A stretch of DNA of 64,000 nucleotides from contig CBFFRQ010000018.1 in assembly GCA_965644315.1 (NCBI GenBank), forward strand, positions 496,001 through 560,000. Direction: 5' to 3'. The notes below the pieces were generated by a model, which ran no database searches, had not been told where the DNA came from, and saw nothing but the letters and a program-made list of their open reading frames with translations. Both the position numbers and the translations under genes were made by a program. Every line of letters starts with the position of its first letter. The first letter of the stretch is position 1. The DNA is from Caecitellus pseudoparvulus. Lineage: Eukaryota; Protista; Bigyra: Bicosoecida. Positions 55,701-64,000 of this stretch are shown here, in pieces.

Positions 55701-58511
55701 TGCACGGACGTCATGGTAGCATTTCGGAACCAAGGGAGGGTCGAGCAACGCAGGTTGGAGCTTGTGGCGCCTGAGAACGTAGGACTCTTGCCACTTGCGA
55801 ATGCTGTCCGCATCGCTGTTAAACCGAGTTGCAGACCACCAAGCAGGCACGCTAGGCACGGCAGCAGCTTCATCGCTGGTGTCTCCCACTGCTTGAAGTT
55901 GCTCTCTGGCTTGTGCAGTTGACGCAGCTGGCGTGCCCGCAGCGTCCACATTCCTGACTGCTTCCTCCTCTGCTGGCTGACCATTTCCAGACCGTTCATC
56001 CGGGGGGGCTACCACACCCCCAGGCAGGACACACTGTGGCTGCATAGCTTTGCCTGTACTGTGGGATGTGGAAGGCGGTATCTGCTTGCGGGGGGAGATC
56101 CACGTGCTCTTGTTTCCGACGTGCACTGGTTCCAGGTCCAAGCCGGCACCACCTGGAGGGACGTGCGGTGCAGCCGCTTCCGCCAGGCACTCCATCCTGT
56201 CAAGTTCGTCTAACAAGGTTTGGGGGTCTCCATTCAGCTTCTCGTCTTTTTCGTCTGTCAGCCCAGACACACGCATGAGCGCCGCCAGGTCCCGGAAGGA
56301 GTTGTTGAAGGGAGTGCCTGTGACACACCACTTGTACGCAGCGCGCAAGCTGGAGAGGGCGGCATTGCACTCGCTGGCGATATTACGCGCAGGGATGTGG
56401 GCTTCATCCATAACCACCCGCAGCCATGGAAGTACCAAAAGAGGGCATGCATGCAGAAGCGGATGCCGGGGGTGCACAAGGTCGACACTGGGAGTGTACC
56501 CTTCAGCCGGGTCAGGAGGTGCGGGTCCACGAGAACCGACAGGGTGACTTGGGCTGCAATCAGCATCAGAATTCTGCAAAGGCGCCCCACTTGACGGAGA
56601 CAAATGCAAATCGCTCAGATCTGACGCGTCGGTTTCCTCTGAGTCAGAAAGGAGATCGATGACCTCTGTGCCGCTGGACTCACCTGCACTTGCATCAGAA
56701 TCTGAGACAAGGTGGCGAACAGCCTGTGCTAGCTCCTGCTGCCGTTCTCTGGACAAGGGGGGATCACTGGCTCCAACAGCGGGTCCAGCCACAGGTGGTG
56801 ACGGCCGCGGAGCCGCCGCAGGCTCGACAGTTCCAGCCGGCTCGGCCCTGCTACCCGGGCGCGTGCCAAGAGGCTCCACAGCCGGCTTGTAGGATTCAAA
56901 CTTAGAAGCATGCCACGCAGCACCATGTTTTATTGCTGCTTCCATTTCAAGACGGTGAAATACTTGCACAACGTTGCGCTGCAGAGTGCGGGCTGGCGGC
57001 TGGCGGGGCAGTTCCAACCGCTGGCGTTCTGCGCGACCCCAGCCCAGCAAATGGGGCATGCGCCAAGTCGTCTCACGTTGACGATCCACCGCAATAGGTT
57101 CCCCGCCATCCATCGAATCACCACGTTTTCGCTTCGCTCGCGCCCTTGACCGCTCCCTCGTCCGGTACTCCTGAACGCTATGGACGAGGCGACGGTACTG
57201 AGATGCAAGGGTTCCGTACGTAGTGACGACAATTCGTTTCCTGGCAAGGTCGTTCAAGGTCGCTTGGTGTGTCTTTCGGGACCTGTGGTACACGAAGACC
57301 TCCTCTGGCCGCAACATTGTGAAATCTGCGGCTTTCTCAGCCCAGTGGCTCAGCAGCGCCAGCGGGACGAGAATGAGGGTCCTCGGGAAGTCAGGTTGGC
57401 ACAGGTGCTGTGGGCCCACGCAAGGAAGGCGAGGAGGAATGTAGGAATTGCACAGAATACCAGCCAGGACGCTCACTGTCTTCCCGAGACCCATGTCGTC
57501 ACAAATCCACCCGCCGCCGACAGGGCTCGTCACATTGAAGGGGTCGCACCAGCGAACGCCGCCGCCGGGTGCCCCTCCACGTGCAGGGATGGGCACGTGC
57601 TCCCCAAACTCCTTTAGCTCCCTTGATAACCAAAACAGCACTGCGTCGTGTTGGTGTGAGCGAAGTTGCCCCTTGAAGCCCGCCTGGCGCAGAAGGGCAT
57701 CGATGGCCTTGACTTGTGCAGCGCTGCACGCTCGAACATACCGCTCCAGAGCCCTGGGAGCCTGCTCAATCGATACTGCTTCTTGCATCTTGAGGGCTGA
57801 TCCTAAATCTGCAACAGCACCTTCTGGTGGCGCGGAGGGTTCTGGGTCAGCGGCCTCGTGGGTCAGTGACGCACGAGTAGATGGACGAGCCTGGCTTTCA
57901 AGGCTGCCTTGGGAGGCGCCGACAGCGCGTGCTACGCTGTGGTAGATCGAGTCCCGGAAAGACTGAAACCACTGACCAACCGCATCTCCAAGGGACGCGG
58001 CCGTGCTCTGCTGTGCACGAGCATGCGCCTGGTTCTCTGCTTCGCCAGCGGCAACGCTGGCCGCCGCTGCCTGGCTTGTGCGCCAACCGCCTGATGCCAC
58101 TCCTGGCAGGCCGGATGACAAGGGAAAGCTCACTGTTTGTTGACCTTGCTCGTGCTGGTGACTGGCAGCCAATGAGCCCGGGCTCAGGACCGTGTCCTCC
58201 GCAAGCATGAGTTGGGCTGCTTGCTGCGGCAGGATTTGACGCAGAGTGACATGTGGCGCCTTTGCCGAGCCCCCCAAGGAAGACATGAAGGACAGCTTCT
58301 CTTGGCTAAGTGCTGGAACGTAGAATGCCCCTTCCTTGGTGCACTTCAAGTACCCGCCTTCGGCGAGGATCCGCATGTGGTGCTGCACAACGGGCGCTGG
58401 GCAGCCGATTCGTGCTAGGCACCGTGCCAAGGGGCGGGCTGGAACAGGCTGTTGAAGCACGCTGTTCAACGACTTAAGCCAAAAGAACATGAACACTGTC
58501 CCAGGCTCCAT
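52776..58511 (-). CDS. SNF2-family helicase/ATPase, RAD5/RAD16-like, with large insertions. Start uncertain (ORF open to 58634)
   Basis: LRSHQ, GGWICDDMGLGKT, TLILVP, VVTTY, RVVMDEAH, WCVTGTP, RING remnant CPYCR, VVFSMWSSTLD, GGVGLDL and QAVDRVHRMNQ. Confidence 0.9.
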   Translation of the reverse strand: MEPGTVFMFFWLKSLNSVLQQPVPARPLARCLARIGCPAPVVQHHMRILAEGGYLKCTKEGAFYVPALSQEKLSFMSSLGGSAKAPHVTLRQILPQQAAQLMLAEDTVLSPGSLAASHQHEQGQQTVSFPLSSGLPGVASGGWRTSQAAAASVAAGEAENQAHARAQQSTAASLGDAVGQWFQSFRDSIYHSVARAVGASQGSLESQARPSTRASLTHEAADPEPSAPPEGAVADLGSALKMQEAVSIEQAPRALERYVRACSAAQVKAIDALLRQAGFKGQLRSHQHDAVLFWLSRELKEFGEHVPIPARGGAPGGGVRWCDPFNVTSPVGGGWICDDMGLGKTVSVLAGILCNSYIPPRLPCVGPQHLCQPDFPRTLILVPLALLSHWAEKAADFTMLRPEEVFVYHRSRKTHQATLNDLARKRIVVTTYGTLASQYRRLVHSVQEYRTRERSRARAKRKRGDSMDGGEPIAVDRQRETTWRMPHLLGWGRAERQRLELPRQPPARTLQRNVVQVFHRLEMEAAIKHGAAWHASKFESYKPAVEPLGTRPGSRAEPAGTVEPAAAPRPSPPVAGPAVGASDPPLSRERQQELAQAVRHLVSDSDASAGESSGTEVIDLLSDSEETDASDLSDLHLSPSSGAPLQNSDADCSPSHPVGSRGPAPPDPAEGYTPSVDLVHPRHPLLHACPLLVLPWLRVVMDEAHIPARNIASECNAALSSLRAAYKWCVTGTPFNNSFRDLAALMRVSGLTDEKDEKLNGDPQTLLDELDRMECLAEAAAPHVPPGGAGLDLEPVHVGNKSTWISPRKQIPPSTSHSTGKAMQPQCVLPGGVVAPPDERSGNGQPAEEEAVRNVDAAGTPAASTAQAREQLQAVGDTSDEAAAVPSVPAWWSATRFNSDADSIRKWQESYVLRRHKLQPALLDPPLVPKCYHDVRAKLSSVEETSTYALWATMVVDASKVSAALTKMSKFKPAHPLEGEHRLGVMQNVATQVLYFIILARHGKVLDSDQVTAWTRAGELYEEAEAAHSSQAPVPGSSRRRGKRTRDGAQSHASRVREELGFSVAKVNVRNLALVDFLLSLIRQRQITVHCMATLTRGHTLHATPLESRARLLVASSMRRRPCGTWSASMAPQSTPVDPTRAEEGGAAGSWWQGLRRTRLVTGGIEPCMSGCMFTSYSTATSDDDVGIQHVLQTMRLTPEGVQCLGSSGDLPAAGGTLRGDEEWDTLPGTDLPPTLSANLLDAQDDESGEIAGSNAGAKQSFSCGHSVLNRHVATMTRTTLHAARHSPVAATAVLETWRIAARRLLAFLDNMLNPSDRMKASIPMEVLGQSEGGIVRRLPLPTAAAACGAPVSQCADIAVEFVPAGHKFVGALDQAQVGSVLGLPGAPALEHFTGPQDATPGAEQAQPAPSLPLLPKSAIRDDGTVSVGSWDCTAAVPAPVPFMSDSFATVACLVMQWPQGYFRLRLPTCRPDVSSTAAWIVGGDGCYQMLSAQAVGEGRVTLHTVTDPRTGSTWESEEAQHPLNAHARASSETSVGGLARQELKEGWDWVIPCSSREEWQVGVEEALLGAAEAQRRRRFRVLADCSYNSRPPTWFTHFNPQATFPQPCPYCRLSIGWNGQGVGRESTKLALLRQTLAQILHVSAEEGVQNPEGHRVVVFSMWSSTLDLAEGVCADLGLRVLRFDGSVPLKERSTVIDTFKDLSQEVHVLLMTYPAGGVGLDLAAVKRPQAFPSAKPSWARLCSRVILLDLWYNAQVEAQAVDRVHRMNQPEQVRVYRIMCNDTLDEHILEAQQKKLGAAAFALDLAESPSVQLRQGSSSHELLDSIVSQLQSMVAMNSDRMKRVFGARAGVWGDRSAHGTVEAAAASEVKPLQQRRRRPRLRRATPPPRTGGQAESSEVVDLLDSSDDEV

Positions 58512-58883
58512 GCTTCTAGCGTTGTTGCCGTGCCCAGCGTGGGTGTCTCGACCTCTCAAAAGTGCCGTCCAATTTCCGCAACCACCGCGAGGTCTTGGTC
58601 GGCCGGGCTGCGCTTGCGGGGGCACAGGCCTCACCGAAGCAGCTGGACACAGTGCCAGTCACCCTTGTGTATTGTTTTGGAGAGTTGGTCCCGCGTGGAA
58701 GCCCTGGATGGTTGCCCTGGGCAGCTCTCACCCCGCTGGCCCAGGAAAAAGCCCAAGCAAGGATCCCAGTTGTGAGCAAGTGGCAACAGGCTCCGCGCAT
58801 TGCTCTTCACGAATAGCGGGCCAGTGAAACCTCCCAAACTGAGTGTTGGATTTAAATTGCTCCTCCCCGTGGCCGTGCGCGTG

Positions 58884-61800
58884 ATGCGCGCAGCCCTCCT
58901 GCATCGTACGCGACTGAGGCGTGGCGTGCAGAATCTACTGTACGCCAAACCAACGAAACAAGAGCTGCGAGGGCCCTGCTGGCCCATGCCGCGCCAGAGC
59001 ATACTATCTCCACCCGCTTGTGCACGCTGCGGCCAGATTAGTTCTTGCCTGAGCATCTCTTTCTTGTTAGGGACCAGGTGGCAGGGAGCGGGTGAATGGT
59101 GGGGAGTGCTGCTGTGGGTTGTCACCATGATGCCCCGGCTGGTGGACATAGTGAAGCCGCTCCTCGGCGGCTCGTACATCCCCACCCGGATACTGTGGCT
59201 ATTCATGTTCGGCATGTCCATTCAGTCGTTGACAGTTGCCCTCAGTGTCATGAGTTCAGCGCTGCCGGCAAATGAAGCTCGAGATACCTTCGCGAAATCG
59301 GCCTCCTGGCTTGCACTCATTCGAGCGGACGTTGAGCAAGGGCCCAGGTCGTTTTACTTAGCCTCGCTCGCAGCCTTTGCGTGGACTGGCTTTGTTGGCA
59401 GCCTCGTTGCTGGGTCAGTGGTCTTCAAGTGAGTGGTGTGCCCCGGCTCGCGCAATGCTCTCGGCGTGGCTGCGGCTTTGGCGGAGGCAACTCGTTGCAG
59501 CTTGCTGTCGCCTGACGCAAGACGCCGGGCTGCACCCACCCAGGGCAGCTGCTTTTCCAGCTTAGGTTTTCCTATGTCGGGTGTTGCACGGCGCTGGCCA
59601 CTACTTCGGCGCGCGCCTTGCGGGGCGCAATGTGCGAGTGTCGCTTGCGCCCTGCAGAAACGCAAGTGCCTCCGAAGCCAGGCTTGTTGCCCACGCCGAA
59701 TCCCTGCGCCTGCCCCTGACAAGCTGACTGCGAGACATACTACTTTGTCACGTCTGTGCCTGCACGCCCCCTTGCCCTGGCTCGCAGGCAAGCCACTGCC
59801 CTGCACAAGTTGACTCGATCCGTGCTTCACGTGCACAAGTGGCTCCTTGCATACCCTACACTCGGCCTCTGCGTGCGGTACCTCGTGTGCTGGGAGTCCA
59901 TCGACGCAAGCACAGTGCTGGGCACTCCGGTCCTCAGCCAGAATGCCATTTGGGATCCCGACCACGCGCTGGATTCGCCCGTGGGGCTACAGGGTGCCGT
60001 GAAGCCGCAGTTCGGGGTGTCCTTCGTCCCCTCGCTCTTTGGGGGAGGGGCACAGTGCTACACAGGGTGGCACCTCCTGCACGTGCTGGTGGCAGTGAAT
60101 ATCATGGGTGCATCCAATGCCTTGTGGGCTCTGGCGTACATGACTTCGCCAGAGCAGTACAGCGGCAGCTCCGTGCACTTGCCATCCAGCCAACTTGCAG
60201 CCCCTGGTGCCCACTTGCTCACTGAGACGGCGATGATGGTCGAGTTCTTCACCTTTGTGAACATCATCATGGCAACAGGTGTCGCCATGGATATCATGCC
60301 GCTGGCGCTTGCCTTGCCTTTGGGCGTCTGCATCACAGTGGCTATCGTGACTGTGATCAGCGTGCTGCTTCCCACGCGCCACACCTCAAACATGCTGCTG
60401 CTCCTGGCCCTTGCATTGGCTAACTTCATGATCATGCTCCTTGCTATAATTGCGAACCTGCTGGGGGATGGGGCGGCTGACTTCACCTTCACCATCTTCC
60501 TCTTGGTGCTCGTTACGTTCGTTGGTGGGGTTGCTCTGGGCACCGGGCTGCAGGAGCGCATGCTCTTGCGGGAAGGGCGGGACACTGTCCTGCCCACGCA
60601 TGTGCTTTTGTGGGTCAACCACCGCATCTCACGTGCTGTTCAGGTACAGCTGTGGCTGCTGGGCTCAGCGGATGCAAGCGCATCCCTCGAGCGGTTGCAG
60701 CACCATGAGCAAACCTCGGCAGCTTCTGCCGTGGAAGTCCGCCAGTTGGCCATGTGGGAGCCACACTTGTCATCGTCGAGTCTCAGCTATCAACAGCTGC
60801 TCGGTGTTAGCCGCAGTGTCGCATCTGAGGTGTCCAAGTGTACCATCGTAGTGGAACGCATGCTCACCCAGCGACCTGGGTCCTCTGCAGCACACCTCGT
60901 CGCGGCAGAGTACTTCTCCAGCTCCATGGTCTGCACAAATCGCCACAGGGAGCTCTTTCACATTGCAAAGGCGCTGAAAGCTGGCGGGGCCTTGCCGTGG
61001 GTCCGCATTCAGTGCTGGCAGCGGCTGTTCCTTGTCCGCCGGTCCATGTTCTCCAACATCGCAGCGGGCTTCACCACACGCAACAGGGCACTGGCAGGGC
61101 TGGCCCTTGCACTCACTGACACAGTGTCCCGCATGCACGAGATGAGGGACCGCCTGGGGGAAAGGCTGCTGCTGCACCAGCGCAAGGCGCAAGGGACGAC
61201 CACCTTCGCAAACCTGCAGGGCGTGATGTTGCCAGTTTGGTCGCTTGCGCGGGACGTGAGTGGGATCTTGCTGTCCAAAGATGCACACGGGAGTCTAGTG
61301 TTTCCGGGAGCCATGCAGGCGTTTTGCAGCATGCTAGTGTCAGACTCGGACACCAGTCGCGGTGAAGAGGTGCAGGGAAACCCAAGCTCGCCGTCAGCAC
61401 CGAGTGACCCGTCGTCTCCTGCGACACAGCCAGCCTCTCCCCACAGCAGCGCCCTCGCCAAGGACTCGAAGCTGTGGCTCAGATGCCCAGCAAGCCTGCT
61501 GTGTCCGTACCAGGCAGGCACGCTGTCTGGAAATTCGCACCTGCCAGCAAGGGTCATGCGCATGATTCGCCGTGAGCGAGCGGCAGCGAACGGATCCCGC
61601 CTTGTCTCACTCGAGGCTCAGGCAAGGGCCAGTCGCTCAAACCAAGACACTGATGCACGGGCGTACTTTCTGTGCACAGCATGGGAGCCAAGCGCGAGCT
61701 CCTTTCTTTTGCGTGGGGTCTCAAGCGACCTAGCCAAGCTGCTGCAGCTTCAGACAAGCAGACTTCGACACACGCCTCTCTCAAAGATTCTCCTGCCTAG

Positions 61801-64000
61801 GCGGAAGGGCGAAGCAATCGGGGGCTCCGAGCTTCAAGAAAAGGATATGGATGCTCTGCAGCAAGGGATGACGATGCAGCTGCGCACGTCTCCTTCCTCA
61901 ACAGTGTGGGCAAACGTGCTCGCGATCGCGACGTGGGACACTACTGTGCACACGGTGGACAGCTCAAGGGGTGCCAACAAGTCCACCACAGTATCAGAGT
62001 CCCTCTTGTCATCCTTGCGGCAAGATGGGACCAGCCTCCGCGAAACCGAGACCGAGTGGGCCGGCGTTCCCGAGGCTCAGTGGATGCTGCTGTTGGAACC
62101 AGTGCGCACTGTGACAACAGACACAGAGGGTCGTGTCAAGGGGGTTGTGTCCCCACCTTCCACACCAGCCCAAGTTGCTACCGTTGTTACTGATGCCAAA
62201 CACCGGGAAGCTGCATGGGTGCGGCACTGGCTGAGTTTCCCTCTGTCCTCCGCGGATGTGGTGCGGAGCTTCACAGCTCTGGTGCTTGCCTTGGTTGTTG
62301 CTACCACGCTGTACTGTGTGTACATCGGCTCCTCCGTCTTCGGAACGCTCTCTAGCACTCCATTTGTCGTGCGATTCGCGCTTCCATCTGTCTTCGGTCA
62401 GCTGACGTCAGCTCCGTTTCACTCGCAGCTGTTACTGGCAGGCGCTGGGTCTGCGGCGGCCGGGGCCAACACCACGGAGCCATCGGCGCTTCTGGCCGCA
62501 GCTAGTGGATCTCTGCGGGAGTGGGCTGATGCTATTTCTGAAGCCCCTCCCCAAGCGCTTCTGTTGCAGCAAGTGGTGGAGCAAGGCGAATTCTGTGCGC
62601 GCTGTGAGCTGCTGGAGGCAGCATCCGGCGCCTCAAGCACGCTGCCGGACGGGATCCAAGCTGTACATTCTACCCTACACCAAGAGGCTTTGGCTAGTAG
62701 CGAAGGCGGTGCTGTCTTCAGATTCACGCAGGTGCCCTCCTTACTCCAGGCGCTCGTGTCGGCGACCTTGGACGCTAGTACGTTGGCAGCATCGAAAATG
62801 TCTGCGTCATTCGCTGCCACTTTGGCTGCGCGCAATTACCTTGCTGGTGTGACAATCGTTTTCTTGACCGCCTCAGCTTCCTTTTCAGCAGCAATGTTTA
62901 CCCGAGCCAGTAACCGCAAGGGAGCGAACATCCTTTCGAGGACTCTGCAAGACCTGTCGGGTAGCCAATCGTCAAGGGACCTGGCCAAGTCAGCACGAGT
63001 GAAGGCTGGTGTCTCTTGTGCAACCGACCAACTCATTCCCGGGATCACTCTGGGGTCCCTGTTAGTGGCGGGTTTTGCCGCTTTCATGACAGTCTCCCGG
63101 AACGAACCGGAGGGATTGTACCCCACCACTGTAAACGCGCTGCATGCATCTTTTGCGTTTCATGCTGCCGCAGGCAACGCCACGCTTGCGTTTCATCAGT
63201 TTCTAGCCGCTGCGGCGAGTGGTGGTGCGCTTGCTCTTGACGAGGCCATGTCGGGCTTGTCCGCAGCACAAGCAGAGGAAGAACGGTGGCGGAAAGTGCT
63301 TTTCTCCCAAGGCGAGGAGGATACAGGATACATGGTGGCAGGCACACCTCAGGGTCAGCGAGGAGCTGGGGTTACACCTCATGGCACCGCGTGGACGATG
63401 TTTTTCTTCGATGCCTGCTCCCAGCAGGTGACCGCAGCTGAAGACCCACAGGCAGCCAGCCTACTGCCGGGTGGAGGGGTTGCTCGCGACGACAGTCGTG
63501 TGTTGAGCAAGGCTCACCAGCACCTTTGCAGGACGACAGGGAATGGTGTCTTGAGTGAAGGCTGGCTAGCTGCTGCTCTTATGATGCGAAAACATCGAAC
63601 AGTGGCTGCCAGGGCGCTGCTGAGTTGGGGGGGGGCTGGCCGCCAGGTTAGCCAATCCTGCGCACGAGCCCTCCAGCAGGAGCACTGGCAGCAAATGGAG
63701 GCCCTGCTTTCGTTGGAAACAGCAACGGTTCGGCGTATTGCAAACGCCTCGCAGTCCCTCAGACTGCACTGCGCTAACTCCACGGAAGAAGAGCTTGAGC
63801 ACTGGCTGGAGATGGCAGTTGACTCATCCCTGCTTGCCATCGTGCACGGTGAGACGCTGTCCAAGGAAGTCCACCTGCTGCTGGCGAGGCAGTACCTTGA
63901 AGCGGCAGCTCTGTATGCCAGAGTGACAATGATTCCCCTGTCTTGCATCCCTGTCCTCATCGTCCTCATGTACTCTGTGATGATGCCAGTCGCGCTCGTC
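58884..64000 (+). CDS. Large multi-pass membrane protein, TmcB/TmcC (tiny macrocysts)-like, partial (runs off the right edge)
   Basis: Exon ORF 58800-59432 has TM segments. A long frame from about 59789 stays open at every point checked up to 64000; it is absent from the ORF track, consistent with having no stop. It encodes QCYTGWHLLHV, several TM helices, a helical region (RPGSSAAHLVAAEYF) and further TM segments. Confidence 0.55.

Noticed and set aside
1-64000. Genome-wide reassignment of TGA to an amino acid
   Set aside because: TGA is the evident true stop of several conserved genes (ATAD3, VPS35, Sec1, MAPK, STE20 kinase, GH47). Only two internal TGAs were seen.

Overview
Gene-dense, GC-rich, intron-containing eukaryotic nuclear DNA with short GT-AG introns (donors GTGCGT/GTGAGT/GTACGT, C-rich acceptor tracts) and very small intergenic gaps. 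It is probably a heterotrophic protist, possibly a stramenopile flagellate; this is an inference from the HSP90 N-terminus, a ciliary DZIP1-like gene and a TmcB-like gene. About 25 protein-coding genes can be reconstructed by hand: Patched/Dispatched-like (partial), Zn2Cys6 transcription factor, serine carboxypeptidase, ATAD3, Vps55, APP1-like phosphatase, a PX + CrtC/AttH-like + prenyl diphosphate synthase fusion, VPS35, TSR2, an ankyrin protein, kynurenine aminotransferase, an uncharacterised membrane protein, DZIP1-like, EF-hand NADPH oxidase, a Cys-rich surface protein, Sec1, MAPK, HSP90, Hippo/MST-like kinase, PPCDC, SLC25A32-like carrier, a small membrane protein, GH47 mannosidase, SNF2/RAD5-like helicase and a TmcB-like protein (partial). 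I see no rRNA, tRNA, CRISPR array or transposon. Three observations stand out. (1) A hidden five-exon selenoprotein gene (49015-49777) has an in-frame TGA and a 3' SECIS-like hairpin whose core reads ACGA instead of AUGA. (2) The three-domain isoprenoid enzyme lies among endosomal-trafficking genes. (3) The NADPH oxidase has a DUOX-like layout but no peroxidase domain. All family assignments come from motif recognition without database searches, and exon boundaries are manual predictions.
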